A DNA stretch of 64,000 nucleotides, from NCBI GenBank assembly GCA_951406725.2, contig OX597835.1, positions 16,554,001-16,618,000 of the forward strand, in the 5' to 3' direction. This DNA comes from Octopus vulgaris (lineage: Eukaryota). Below the pieces are notes generated by a model, which made no database searches, had not been told where the DNA came from, and worked only from the letters and a program-made list of their open reading frames with translations. The position numbers and the translations under genes were made by a program. Shown here piece after piece: positions 26,355 through 50,785 of the stretch. Every line of letters begins with the position of its first letter. The stretch's first letter is position 1.

Positions 26355-27326
26355 TCCGACAGGCTTCTTTCAGTTTCCGTCTACCAAATCCACTCTCAAG
26401 GCTTTGGTCGGCCCGAAGCTATAGTAGAAGTCACTTGCCCAAGGTGCCACGCAGTGGGACTGAACCCAGAACCATGTGGTTGGTAAGCAAGCTACTTACC
26501 ACGCAGCCACTCCTGCGCCTAAAAAGGGGAAATAAAAACCAAAAATAACCGAAAGGATTCTGTCGGAGGATGTTTTGTCTCAGGGGATTTTGCCCGAGGG
26601 GTTTCGTTCTAGGAGGCTTTTGTCCTACACTCGGATTACACCATCATAACTTCCACTATCGCAATTTACTTTCACTTTTTCTTTCACAACACAGAACTGC
26701 ACATTAACGTTAGTCAATATCCTTGACCCCGTAAGTACTTATTTCATCGATTCCCGGAAGAATGGCAGGCAAAGTTAATTTCAGCAATATTTGAACGCAA
26801 AACAGAGATGGAACAGTTATTACTACGTGACATTGCGAGCTGGCAGAAATGTTAGCACGCCGGGCGAAATGCGTAGCCGTATTTCGTCTGCCGTTACGTT
26901 CTGAGTTCAAATTCCGCCGTGGTCGACTTTGCCTTTCATCCTTTCGGGGTCGATAAATAAAGTACCAGTTTCGCACTGGGATCGATGTAATCGACTTAAT
27001 CCCTTTGTCTGTCCTTGTTTGTCCCCTCTATGTTTAGTCCCTTGTGGGTAGTAAATAAATATATACGTGACATTTCCCCGATGTTCTAACGATTCTGTCA
27101 ACCCAACCATCCTTATAATAGCCCTTTTTACTCTAGACCAGCGCCCCGCAACCAGTATACCGCGGCACACTGGTGCCAGATGTGTTGTAGTGTAACCTGA
27201 ACATAATTCTTTCCCAATACTTTTTGTTACATTTTAATTCAGGTGAAACACTGGGGTCGATGTAATCGACTAGTCCCCTCCGTCACCAAATTTCAAGCCT
27301 TGACCCTATATTAATAATAATAATTG

Positions 27327-27563
27327 TGTACAGTGCTCAGGTGCACTACAACTCATCTAAAGTGTATATATAATCAGGTGTAGTTTCGGCGGATTTCGGA
27401 AAGCATGAGGGCCTTAAAGGATGCAGTGTCATGGCAGTCAACAACTGACGCAGGCAGTTTATTCCATGCTTCAGCAACTCTGAGCGTGAAAAAATGTTTC
27501 CGAAAGTCATGGGAGCTGTGTTGTTTTCTGACTTTGTAAGCATGTCCACGTGTGTTAGACACT
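27327..27563 (-). mobile_element. CR1-clade LINE 3' fragment (ORF2 C-terminus)
   Basis: TRGHAYKVRKQHSSHDFRKHFFTLRVAEAWNKLPASVV...FK is the typical CR1 ORF2 C-terminal signature. Confidence 0.85.
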
Positions 27564-27956
27564 AGACACATGGAGATTAGAAATAGTTCTTCTTCTTCTT
27601 GATTTCATTTCATTCAATTTCTTTGTAAACTTTACCTACATTTTATATTTCTCCCTCTTTTTCTCTCTCCTTCGCCCCCTTCTCGCTCTGTAATGCCCCC
27701 CCCCCCCCCCACGCGTTAGCCCTTGTGACAAATAAATAAATTAAATAAAAGATTATTCTAAATTTCTGGTTGGCCCCACGTGACTCACCTCTTTTTGCAA
27801 TGGTTTCCTTCTGGCATATCACGAGACAGCAAAACGAAAAATATTAAAAACCAAAATTCTAACTACGTATAAGGCACTATGTCTAAATTTTGTGAAAATA
27901 CTGTTTGCTGTTGTACATGTGTTGTTATACAGTCGAACAGAGATATGAAGACACAC

Positions 27957-28387
27957 GGCAATCTTTCGTCTCTAGTAGACCTTTCCGTCGATTTCCGTAA
28001 AAAAATTTTTTTTTTTTACATATGGGCTTGCGGGAACTTTTGAAGTAATGAGAGCGAAAGCGACTAAGAGAAAGCGATTTTATGACGAGGGAAGTTCTTT
28101 TGAAGTTACCGTGCATGGGAGCATTGATGGACATGTGTGTGTGTGTGTGTGTGTGTGTTTGATGGGGTGTGGGAGACAGACAGTATGTTGTGTAAGTGAA
28201 GTGCTTCTGTTAGTGTGTGTGAAGAGACAGAGTAATGTGTGAAAGAAAGAGATAACTGAAATTTTTTACTCGGTGTATGTGTATATGTATGTATATTACT
28301 TCAAAAGTTCCTGCAAGCCCATATGTAAAAAAAAAATATTTTTTTACGGAAATCGACGGAAAGGTCTACTAGAGACGAAAGATCGCC
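27957..28387. mobile_element. Same MITE family, full-length copy
   Basis: Both TIRs present, no TSD visible. Confidence 0.8.
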
Positions 28388-29041
28388 ATGCCGGTTTATG
28401 TTGTAACGTATATTTGCTTCTATGAGTAATCACCAGTTAATGTTACATAGAAACAGTAATTAAAAATTCCAATCTCTTTCGGATTTTATGGTGCATATGA
28501 GTTAAAAAGTAATGAAATGAAAGTTAATTCTCAAACAAAAGTTTTGAAAAATACTTTTATAATAGCAATAATAAATCTCTGAACGAGATATAAACAGTAA
28601 CTGCACGACAATGTGAGGTATATTTGCCATCTCAATATGGCTAAAGCTACAGTAACACCCACCCTTAGTGGTTAGCCATATTCAGATGGCAAATATACCT
28701 CACTTTTATAATAGTAAAAGCAAAATTCTGTCTGTCCCTGTATCTCACTCTACGTTTGCTCTGCGTAGATATATTATACCTTTTTGGAAACAGGATGATC
28801 CCAGGATTGAAAATCTGACCTTCATTTGGTTCTTGAACATCCTGCGTTGGAGTCTGATTTAAAAGTATTTGGGTTGTTATTTCTAGCAGGTAAAGCTTGG
28901 TTGACTCACGCCATCTTGGCTGGCGTTTGTCTGATCACATCAGAGATCAAGGGGGAGATAAATGACATTCGCTTCGTTAATTTTATGTCGAGACTCTTAA
29001 GAACTTTGGAACAAATTGAACAACAGTTAGAATTCAACTTT

Positions 29042-29355
29042 GGGATCTTTTCCTTTTGATGGACGGAATTTTCTAGTTAACTAAACAATCTGAAACTTCG
29101 TATACTGGTAGAATGTGTCAAAAGAAAACATTATTGTAAACAAAATTGAAAACAAAATTGTAATTTGTAAGTTTAACGTAGTTTAATTCTTCGAATTTTA
29201 ACCAATGAAATCCCAGCATCTTCGAATTTCAACCAATGAAATCGCAGCATTTGAGCTCAAATCATTTGCTGCGTTATCGATATTGATAAAGAAACATAGC
29301 AGACGCATGCCGCATACACACACACACATATTCAGATACATACACACGTACACTT

Positions 29356-29428
<73 letters not shown>

Positions 29429-29438
29429 CACACACACA

Positions 29439-29537
<99 letters not shown>

Positions 29538-30332
29538 AATTAGTATATAAGCGCACTCACACATACAAACGGAGATATACATACACACACATACGTACAC
29601 AAGCATACATACACGTTTGTGTGTTCGCACTGGTGTCGATAGAATCGACTTAATACTTTTGTTATCTCATGCTTTGTCCCCTCTGTGTTTTGCCCCTTGC
29701 CGCAACAAATTTACACAAAAGGTAAATAAACCAGAAGGAGTGGGGTCAATCTTTCATCGTTTCGGAGTCGATAAATTAAGTACCAATTACGCACTGGTGT
29801 CGAGGATTTTTTTCCCAATTTATATCACAGCCTCCGACAAGCTGGGGCATCCTTTTATGAAAAAATATTTACAATACGACTCACACTCCACGCGCAAACT
29901 CTAGACCGCTTTAGGCATATTATTGTTTTGTTTTTGTTGTTTCTGGCCCTTCAAAACCATGGGAGAAGCCTTTTCGGTAAAAAAAAATAAAGAAAATATT
30001 CAAAAAATATCGTTAATATTTTTATTGGGCGACGAAATTCATCGAATTAAGAGATATAGCTGTTATTTCTAGCACATGCAGAAGACAGAAGAGAGAAGGA
30101 TGAATAAGACGTGTGTGTGTGAGTTTTTAGACGCAGAAAATGATTTGAGCTCAAATGCTGGGATTTCATTGGTTAAAATTCGAAGAATTAAACTACGTTA
30201 AACTTACAAATTACAATTTTGTTTTCGATTTTGTTTACAATAATGTTTTCTTTTGACACATTCTACAAGTATACGAAGTTTCAAATTGTTTAGTTAACTA
30301 GAAAATTCCGCCCATCAAAAGGAAAAGATCCC
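29042..30332. mobile_element. Fold-back DNA element with about 200-bp TIRs (GGGATCTTTTCC...GGAAAAGATCCC)
   Basis: 29042-29267 is the reverse complement of about 30138-30332 with few mismatches plus a small tandem duplication. The interior holds (CA)n and SINE debris. Confidence 0.8.
29357..29534. repeat. (CA)n microsatellite
   Basis: Direct reading. Confidence 0.97.
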
Positions 30333-31380
30333 AACTTGAGACTGGAACAATAGAATGATTGTATTGCAGAATTAATTATCATCCGTCCTTAACTTCTGAT
30401 CAAATACCACCGCGGGGAATATAGTCATTATAAATGTATTATAATCATGCTATTTATCTCTGTTTAGTTTTGGGCTGCAGGCCTAATTAGCCCCCCACCT
30501 CACTCTGCAGAAGCTAGCTTAAAAGCCGCACTCTGTGCGGACTTTTAAGCTAGTGTTGATTAAAAATAAATTTGGCTAGGAACAATTTTCTCTTTCTGTA
30601 GTTGTAATAAATGTACATTATCAATAACCATAGTACTGTTTAACTATCAAATGCAATAATACTGAAATATACTGATAGCGAAGGAGATGGCTCTGTGATT
30701 ACGAAGTTCGCTTTGCAAAAACGATATTTCGGGTGCAGTCCCTCTGCATAGCACCTTGGTTGAATAACTTCTACTACAGACTCAGGCCGACCAATATACT
30801 GGGGGTTGATATAATACTATGGCGGACATCATGCTTCAACGGAGGTGAAGTCTACTGCCGCAACGCATTGTGGAATGTAGAGAGCAAGATGAGACAAGTA
30901 AGCTATCTTGGTTAGTCATCTACAGCATCCGTTTCCACCCTCAGTGCATGTCATCCCAAACTCTTTGGGAAAACGATGTTGGTTTGATTACATCGTGTAA
31001 CTTAGAGGTTTGGTAAAAAGAGAACGATATAAAGGTGGTGAGCTGGCAGAAACGTTAGCGCGCCGGACGAAATGCTTAGCGGTATTTCGTCTGTCGTTAC
31101 GTTCTGAGTTCAAATTCCGCCGGGGTCGACTTTGCCTTTCATCCTCTCGGGGTCGATAAATAAAGTACCAGTTACGCACTGGGGTCGATGTAATCGACTT
31201 AATACCTATGTCTGTCCTTGTTTGTCCCCTCTGTGTTTAGCCCCTTGTGGGTAATAAAGAAATAGATATAATAAGTATTAGGGTTAAATTAAGTACTGGA
31301 GTCGATGTTTGCGACCGAATCTTTTAAGGTGGTGCCCCAGCATGGCCGAAGTCTGATGACTGAATATAAAAATCCACATG

Positions 31381-31797
31381 GGCGCAGGAGTGGCTGTGTG
31401 GTAAGTAGCTTGCTTCCCAACTACATGGTTCCAGGATCAGTCCCACTGCGTGAGACCTTGGGCAAGTGTCTTCTACTATAGCCTCGAGCCGACCAAAGTC
31501 TTGTGAGCGGATTGGGTTGACGGAAACTGAAAGAAGCCAGTCTTATGCACACAAACACACACACACACACACATACACATGTATATATTTGTGTGTCTGT
31601 GTTTGTCCCCCCAACCATCACTTGACAACCGATGTTGGTGTGTTTACGTCCCCGTAACTTAGCGATTCGGCAATAGAGACCGATAGAATAAGTACTAGGC
31701 TTTCAAAGAATAAGTCCTGTGGTCGATTTGCTCGACTAAAGGCGGTGCTCCAGCATGGCCACGGGCAAATGACTGAAACAAGTAAAAGAGTAAAAGA
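31381..31797 (+). mobile_element. SINE family 1, full-length copy
   Basis: Near-identical to 838-1214. Confidence 0.85.
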
Positions 31798-32362
31798 GAG
31801 TAACTGCCTTTTTGTTTTAATACAAAAAAGACAATTCCATAAAAAGACAATTGTTTAATCAAGTTTAGTACAGTCAATTAAGTTTAATTTACACGTAGAA
31901 ATCTGCAGATTCATTCAGTGTGACGTCATGAGTTTTTCTCATACTATTTTGAAATCTCCTCTTCTAAACTTTCTACGCTTTGGGAGGTAACTCAATAGGA
32001 CTGGCAATCTCGAAATTGAGGTAGTCATAGATACCAGGACGTCGTTAACAACTTCTATTGGTTAAAAAAAACGAAGGTGATCTATTGTTTGACATGTCAA
32101 TGGAGAGCTACAACGGAGCTGAGAATACTGACCTCGTTTGATTATTCTGGATATCATCAGGAGACATGCACACACACACACACACTTATATAAGGATAAT
32201 GTCCTCGAAATTGTGTGTAGTATGAACAGTCACGACTCGTACAGATTTAGGAATTTTCAATGTTTGTCCTTAATATAACTATCACCACTAATCGTACTAC
32301 AGTCAACTTTTTTTAGCCACGACTTTAGACTGAAAGATAGGCAAGTAATAACTTTATTGAAA

Positions 32363-32745
32363 ACTAGCAGTATCGCCCGGCGTTGCTCGGGTTTGTAAGG
32401 GAAATAACTATAAAGCATTTTTAGAGAGTTATAGCCAAAAAATAGCAAAAAAATGGAAAAAAAATGATGGTGAATTTTTTTGAGAGTTAAAAAGGTCGAG
32501 TTGCGTCCCCTAGACAGTCTGGTTTGTGTTTCTGATTCTCGACCCTATGTCGAATTTATCGATTTTTTTCAGAACTGGGGGAACTTTTCAAAATTTTCGC
32601 TGCGTTAGTTTTGAATTATGACATTGGGCTATGTGTGTGTCAAGTTTCATCAGAATCGGTTGAAAGCCGTGGTCAGGGTGAGGGTACAACCTAACAGACA
32701 CACAGACACGCAGACAGACAAACTGCCGTTTATATATAGAGAGAT
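32363..32745. mobile_element. Non-autonomous Helitron-like element (ACTAGCAGTATCGCCCGGCGTTGCTCGGG...TTTATATATAGA)
   Basis: CTAG end with a subterminal GC hairpin, and CAGACA repeats near the other end. Multiple copies in the window. Confidence 0.7.
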
Positions 32746-33846
32746 CTAATGACAGTATTGTATGCATTCTTATAAATTCAACCAACCACTTCACTCCAGC
32801 TAAAGTTAGAAACTTATCGAGAATTTGTTGAAGAACCTCCAATATATTCTTAGACAAAGATATTTTCGACAGTCACACTCATTAAAACAAGATGTTGGTG
32901 AGCAGCGATTGTAGTGAGAAATTGATGTACATGGGAGATCCCCTCGTACACTTCCGAAGAGTGTTACAAAGAGAAAAATTACTAGGTTCAGTTATCTGTT
33001 AAAACTAGTTTTCTCTTTGAACATCACAAGAAATTTTTCATCATTTATTGGATATCATTTCTCAAGCAAATATAAATAACACAATCCATTTAATATGCGT
33101 TATATTAAGATTAGTTACTCGCGTCTAGATCGTACTGCTTTCAGGATCTCAAAGAAACTGCATATTTTGAAACAACCCTCTGAATCTACTATGAGAAAAT
33201 TGTCATCAATGAAGGTCACTATTAGCTAATTTTAGACCATTCTTTGATAACTCCTTTTGATAATTTTCACTATTAAACTTCTATTAAAACTATTAAAATT
33301 CTAGCGGAATTGAAGACAAGTGAGATTGCTCTTATATATTTTGCTAAAGTCGTCTCCTATTCAGCAGTCGCTACAACACTAAGCATTCGCCTAGATTTCA
33401 TTCCACAAGACCCAATTTTAAGAATACCCGTTTCTCTATCTACTTTTTGTTGTTTTGTTGTTATTTTTATTCAATTTTTTTATTTGCTTGTCGTGATATG
33501 GATTTGAAGTTTCGATTATATTTACCACCAAAGAGACTTCACCCACAGAAACTAAGAAGCAAACAAATAAGGACAAACACATAAAAAAAAAATACGCTAA
33601 TACAAACACAAATAACTGAAGATAATCGCTTCTTCCCGTAGCTGTTCTAATTTTGTATACTGCTACAAAGAATGAGTTCACGAAGTTATTTGACCCAGAT
33701 TTGAATTTTTCTTATTCATGTCTAGAAAACTGAATCTCCTCATTGTAAACAATGACAAAAGAAATGAATACGAAACATACAAATACGTTTTTTGGTGGGA
33801 TCGGTGTGGGCGTGAAATATTAGAATCCTGAAATGAAATATTCAAT

Positions 33847-34361
33847 ACTAGCAGTATCGCCCGGCGTTGCTCGGGTTTGTAAGGGAAATAACTATATAAG
33901 CATTTTTAGAGAGTTACTTCCTTTATAGATGCCAATTCGGGCTTTCTTAGCCATTTCTGTTTTGGTGTCTTCAAGCCATGAAGTCGTTGTTCTAAAAGAA
34001 CGCTGGTCTCCTTGACAACGCTTTACGACGTTGATTTCGTTAAACTCCCTTCCCCATAGCTTCACGAGGGAGGGAAGAAGGGGGAGAAGCACACAAGTGC
34101 AGGTGTGACCATGGACGCCAACTCCGCCGCCATCGACACACGAAAAATTATGCATTAAAATGGAATAAAAAATGATGTTAAATTATTTTTAAAATCGTAG
34201 ACTCATCGTAGACGCGCGCTAATACTCAGACGGGCTCGATATTAATCACGACTATAAGATACCCGAATTTGGTTAAACTGCACCGCAAAATGTGGGAGGA
34301 GTTAGGAATCTAAATCGTAGGAGACAGACACTCACACAACTACAGTTTTATATATATAGAT
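33847..34361. mobile_element. Helitron-like element copy
   Basis: Same termini as 32363-32745 with a different interior. Confidence 0.7.
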
Positions 34362-35934
34362 TTTCGTAAGATAAAGAAAATAGCGAAAGCTACTGTGTGT
34401 ATATCATGAAACATTCTCTAAGATGGCTCCACTGTATTATAAAAATAATAGTTTTAGTGTCCTTTAAATGGTAATTACTGTATATATTCGACTATAAAAC
34501 GCCCTCACTTATAAGACGCACCTCCGACTTACTGGGTTCAAATCGGGTATTTTATCACTGATCCGACTGTAAGTCGCAGCGACTTTTTCGATGGTGGAGA
34601 GCAAAGTTCGATTAGGAATCGCGTCGACATTGTTGTTGTTCGGTAACTGAGCTTTCAGTAAGCTGAAGATGACTTACAACAACTGTTGTGCCATGAAGTC
34701 TATGCATTTTAGAAATCGTTGTTTATAATATAAAATGTTATCCTTTTCAGTTATTCCAAGTGCCGGAACTTCAGACGTGGCTTGTACCTAGAAAATATCT
34801 GATGATATTTTTATAGGACGTGCTTATAAGTCGCATTCCCAACTTTAGGGGAAAATTTCAGGGAAAAAAAGTGCGACTTATAGCCGAGTATATATGATAT
34901 ATTTGGATGAAACTGTTATGCTTTCATCTAGGATTCCTGAACGTGTATATATGTTGGATTTGCCTAGTTTCAAAAGACAGTAGGATTGATATAAATATTT
35001 TAGGCGATGTTATTAACTTGAAAGATTAAAAGTGTTTACTATTAAGTGAAGAAGTAAGCATATTAGAGTTACATATAGGGCAGGAAACTATTCTAAAAGG
35101 AAGATTTCTGATATTATTTTCATATATGGAAGCTACAGAATTGATTTTGCAAGAATATCAAGCGATGGGGGTGTCATTTAACCTATAAAGTAGATTGCAC
35201 CACAAAATTTTTCTTTTTTTTAACGTTTATTGGCATTATTATTTTTTTTTATACAATTTTCTCTGCAAAACCACTATTTTGGCCAAATATCTTTGTAATT
35301 GACATATATCCAGCTCCCCTGAAACTTCTGTTCTTGTGCCAAAATTTCAAACCAATTTTATTTTGTAATCAGTGATTCACGTTAGTAGCTGCTTGATCAT
35401 GTGGTCCATCTTCCTCTCATGTGATCTACCTTTTTTTTAAAAAAAAAATTTTGTTTTATTTGTTTCAGTCATTTGACTGTGGCTATGCTGGAGCACCGCC
35501 TTTAGTCAAACAAATCGATTCCCGGGACTTATTCTTTGTAAACCTAGTACTTATTCTATCGGTCACTTTTGCTGAACTGCTAAGTTACGGGGACGTAAAC
35601 ATACCAACATCGGATGTCAAGCAATGGTGGGGGCGGGGACAAACACACACACAAACACACACACACACACGCACACACACATTGCAATTTTGGTGTTAGG
35701 GACTACTTAAGAGGCCTATTCACCTCGTCAAGGGAAATATTCATATAGACAGAAATCAAAACATGACTTTATCTTGGGGCTAGCGTGAATCCTGACCGGC
35801 AATAGAAATGTTTTCACAGATCTTTTCGCTTTGACTGGTTCACTAGCCACAGCAAAACCACCAGATATGAGTTGGGAAAATGTAAAATAAGTAGAGAGTA
35901 ATGTAAAAACATTATGAAGGATAAATTATAAATA

Positions 35935-36332
35935 ACTAGAAGTATCGCCCGGCGTTGCTCGGGTTTGTAAGGGAAATAACTATATAAGCATTTTTAGAGA
36001 TGTAAAGTATAATAACCATCTCAATATGGCTAACCACAAAGGGGGGGTGTTACTGTAGCTTTTTACGTTCTGAGATTTAATAATAAATTTTTAGAGAGTT
36101 ACTTCCCTTCTATATGCCAAAAATACATTAAAAATGGGAAAAATTGATGGTAATTTTTTTTTTAAATCGTAGACTCATCGTAGACGCGAGCTAATACCCA
36201 GAAGGGCTCGATATGAACCACGACAATAAGATACCCGGTTTTGGTTAAACTGCACCGCAAAATGTGGGAGTAGTTAGGAATCTAAATCGTAGGAGACAGA
36301 CAGCACACAACCTCACTTTTATATATAAAGAT
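35935..36332. mobile_element. Helitron-like element copy
   Basis: Same termini as 32363-32745. Confidence 0.7.
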
Positions 36333-36978
36333 TAAGATTATTTATGAATATATCAATGGCCAAATATGTTATCATAAAATATGAAGAAGAAAAACGTTTA
36401 TAAAGGTGATGAATGTGATGATGATGATGATGATGATTTAAGCAAAAGGCTAGAAGTTTTCAAACCAGTGTTTAGTAGATACCAACGACTTTAGTATTTA
36501 ACTGCCTTCAACAAAAGGAAGAAAGGCTAAGTTGACCTCGTATGGTGTGTCAGTGTTTGTGCTTGTTGTGTGTGTGTGTGTGTATGTGTGTCGGTGTGTA
36601 TGTGTGTGTGCGTGACTTATCAGCTATTTAGTGTGTTACCATGATAACCATTTGATACAATCCATAGTTACATTAGTATGTAATGCATATATGTGTGTCT
36701 GCTTGTTGATGTATCCGAGTGTCTGTGGAGTGTGTGTGTGTTCGTGTGTGTGTGTAAACGTTTGTGTATGTCGTTTGATAACACAAAATCAATGTATTTT
36801 TCCCGCTCATATATCAATATATAGGCGTAGGAGTAGCGTTGTGGTAAGTAGCTTGCTTACCAACCACAAGGTTGGTAAGCCACTGCATGGCACCTTAGGT
36901 AAGTGTCTTCTACTATAGCCTCAGGCCGACCAAAGCCTTGTAGTAGATTTGGTAGCTGGAAACTGAGAGAAGCCTGTA

Positions 36979-37050
<72 letters not shown>

Positions 37051-37662
37051 TTGTATGTGTGTGTGTTTGTCCCCCCCAACATCGCTTGACAACCGATGCT
37101 GGTGTGTTTACATCCCCGTAACTTAGTGGTTCGGCAAATGAGACCGACAGAATAAGTACTAGGCTTACAAAGAATAAGTCCTGGAGTCGATTTGCTCGAC
37201 TAAAGGCCTGGCCACAGTCAAAATGACTAAAACAAGTAAAGAGTATGTATGCATATGTGTGTGTATATATATATGTTTGTGTGTCTGTTTGTCCTCCCAA
37301 CATCGCTTGACACCCGATGGTGGTGTGTTTACATCCCCGTAACTTAGTGGTTCGGCAAATGAGACCGACAGAATAAGTACTAGGCTTACAAAGAATAAGT
37401 CCTGGAGTCGATTTGCTCGACTAAAGGCGGTGCTCCAGCATGGCCACAGTCAAATGACCGAAACAAGTAAAAGAGTAAAAGAGTGTACATCAATATACAG
37501 GTGAAGGAGTGGTTGGGTGGTAAGAAGTTTGCTTCTCAACAACATGGTTCTGGGTTCAATCCCACTGCAAGGTATTTTTGAACAAGTGTCTTCTACTATA
37601 GCCTCAGGACAACCAAAGCCTTGTAAGTGGATTTGGTAGACAGAAACTGAAAGAAGCCCATC

Positions 37663-37725
<63 letters not shown>

Positions 37726-38690
37726 TAAGTATATATATATATATATATATATATATAAGTGCAAGAGTGGCTGTGTGGTAAGGATCTTGCTTACCAACCA
37801 TGTGGTTCTGGGTTCAGTCACATTGCGTGGCATGTTGGGTATGTGTCTTCTACTATAGCCTTGGGCCGACCAAAGCCTTGTGAGTGGATTTGGTAGACAG
37901 AAACTGAAAGAAGCCCGTCGTATATATGTATATGTATGTATGTATGCATGCCCCAGGGGCCATGCAATGGAACTAAACCCAGAACCATGTGATTAGGAAA
38001 CAAACTAATTACACAATATCATTAAAAGGAGAGAGAGAGAGAGAGAGAGAGAGATAGTGAAATTAAAGTGCATTAAGTACAGAAGGTTTGATACCGTCTT
38101 TTAAAGAAATGCTTAGCAAATGAAAGAGGGTGGTAGGAGGACGAGGGCGATCCAATGCAGTGAGGGGGACAGAAGAGGTGTGAGGATGATGCTATCACTA
38201 CAAGTGGTGGTGGTGGTAGTGGTGGGGATCAATGAAGTGGTGAAGAGACGGATGAAGGAGAGAGAGAAGGAGGTGAGCAACAGCTTGATGCAAAGGGTCG
38301 ATGGTTGAAGGATGAGGGCAGACTCTGTGTGTGTGTGTGTGTGTGTGTAGGTGAAAGATATGAAACATCCCATCAATCATCACCACTCTTGTTTCAACAT
38401 ATGTTTAGTCATGGCTGGTTGGATCTTACATAATTGCCATCTTTTGTTATCTCTTTCATGAGATACAACATCTACAGATCAGCCAGTCTCCCTTCATTCA
38501 ATCCCAAGTCTTATTCTGTCTGTAAGTTCTTACTAACGAGTAGTACTGGCCACTTCCATGCGTAGCAATCATCCCCCATACACAAGGTGTACCCATACCG
38601 GTACTTCTTTCCTGTTTGTACTCTATACCTCAGTCCTCTTATAACCAAGGTTGTCTCTCAGCTTATTTGTACTCTGGTGTTTATGCATAT

Positions 38691-38721
<31 letters not shown>

Positions 38722-38799
38722 CATATATACACAAACAAACATACATGCATGTGTATATAGATAAATAGACAGGGAGGCAGCCAGGTAAGTAGGAAGGTA

Positions 38800-39102
<303 letters not shown>

Positions 39103-39705
39103 ATTAAACATTCATTAGAATGTGCGTGCTTTATTCCTTCTTAGCCTTCACATCCAAAGCTCACAACTCACTACCATGCAGAACTACATTAGATTCTTAT
39201 TTCTTTATTGCCCACAAGGGGCTAAACATAGAGGGGACAAACAAGGACAGACATAGGTATTAAGTCGATTACATCGACCCCAGTGTGTAACTGGTACTTA
39301 ATTTATCGACCCTGAAAGGATGAAAAGCAAAGTTGACCTCGGCGGAATTTGAACTCAGAATGTAGTGGCAGACGAAATACCGCTAAGCATTTCACCCAGT
39401 GTGCTAACGTTTCTGCCAGCTCACCACCTTTTTAGAACTACATTAGATTCACAAGCATCATTCAATCCACTCGTCACTCTCAGGAAGAAGACCATTGTTG
39501 TTAGCAGAGGTAAAAAAAGCTTTCTAAACTTTTACCATTCCATTCTTACCCTTGCAACTATGCATTCAGAACAACCATTTCCACTGAAAGTGATGTGAAG
39601 TAAGGTGATAGAAGCTGTCAATTACTTCAAGCAAGATAGCTGTGCATTTAAGGCAATTTATTTCTGGTGTACTCTCTCTTCACCTATATATTGATGTACA
39701 CATAA

Positions 39706-39748
<43 letters not shown>

Positions 39749-40000
39749 CTACAGGCTTCTCTCAGTTTCCAGCTACCAAATCTACTACAAGGCTTTGGTC
39801 GGCCCGAGGCTATAGTAGAAGACACTTGCCTAAGGTGCCACGCAGTGGCTTACCAACCTTGAGGTTGGTAAGCAAGCTACTTACCACAACGCCACTCCTA
39901 CGCCTATATATTGATATATGAGCGGGAAAAATACATTGATTTTGTGTTATCAAACGACACCCACAAACATTTACACACACACACACATACATACACACAT

Positions 40001-40033
<33 letters not shown>

Positions 40034-40281
40034 CACACACACGCACACACACACACACACACACAGACTCCACAGACACTCGGATACATCGACAAGCAGA
40101 CACACATATATGCATTACATACTAATGTTACTATGGATTGTATCAAATGGTTATCATGGTAACACACTAAATAGCTGATAAGTCACGCACACAGTGCATC
40201 TACCACATACAAACCAGTCGTTTTATGAAATAAAAAGAATAACAAAAAACACACAGGATTTGCAATGAAACAATTAATTTT

Positions 40282-40287
40282 TTTATT
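40282..40287 (-). terminator. Candidate poly(A) signal AATAAA of ferritin B
   Basis: First AATAAA I find after the stop (about 800 nt downstream), followed by the GT/T-rich element TGTGTGTTTTTTGTT. An ATTAAA near 40400 is an alternative. Confidence 0.45.
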
Positions 40288-41089
40288 CTCTTTGATTCTC
40301 AGACTATACTTCAGTAATCATACATCAGGCTGAAATCTGGGAGATTTCTTATTATTTTCTGATCTTAAAGGTGCTGGTAATGGAGAGGCTGAGTTACTTT
40401 TAATAGAATTACAATTTTTGTGGACCTTTGACTTCATCTTCAGAAATGAAACACATATAACATATACATCGTCATCACATTGGAATTGGTGAGATGTTCG
40501 ATTGTCAGCAGCTGCCAGAGATACCAAAACTTGTGGTTGGAAAGCTCAAAGTAAAACCAGGAATGATACCTCTCACTAGTCTGTTTTTTGTTTCAGGAAA
40601 TTCCAAAGTAGAAAAACTAGAGTCTTTCTACTTTGGAATTTCCTGAAACAGAGAGGAACAGCATGGTAGAGGGTTTCACTGCCAATACTTGTAATTTCAG
40701 GAAAAATGCTTATTTTCTGAAGGGACTGAAAAAAGAGACAGAATTATGAACATTCTGTACAAGTTTTTCAAACCCATCAGTAATGGATATATACATAGTA
40801 CTGAGCTAAATTCCAAGCAGTTGTGTTCTATATACATATCTAGGAATAATACTCCAGATGACCATCGAAAATCGCACCAATTGAAATGTAATGTAGATAT
40901 AATAAATTAAAATGTTTGTGCTCTAAATATAAAGTTTACAGTTCCCCAAAAATTCTAATTGCTAGAGGGGTAAGTTAAGGAACACATTTGAGGTTGGTTT
41001 CTGAATTATTTTCTTTCTCATTGTAAGGTTTCTGATTGTGAGTTTAAATCATCTGGAAACTTCTAATCTGGTGGGAAACATTCCAAAGC

Positions 41090-50676
<9,587 letters not shown>

Positions 50677-50785
50677 TGTGTTCTCACTGGAAATTTCTTG
50701 AGAATGCTATAGTTGAAGAATTTCAAAGCAACAGAAAAATTGATTGAAATCAATGCGTTTGGTTGTTTGGATTGTGTTAGAATTA

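Noticed and set aside
30514-30553. GC-cored hairpin CTAGCTTAAAAG-CCGCAC-TCT-GTGCGG-A-CTTTTAAGCTAG
   Set aside because: An isolated intergenic palindrome ending in CTAG, most simply a transposon-end remnant. Nothing else supports a function.
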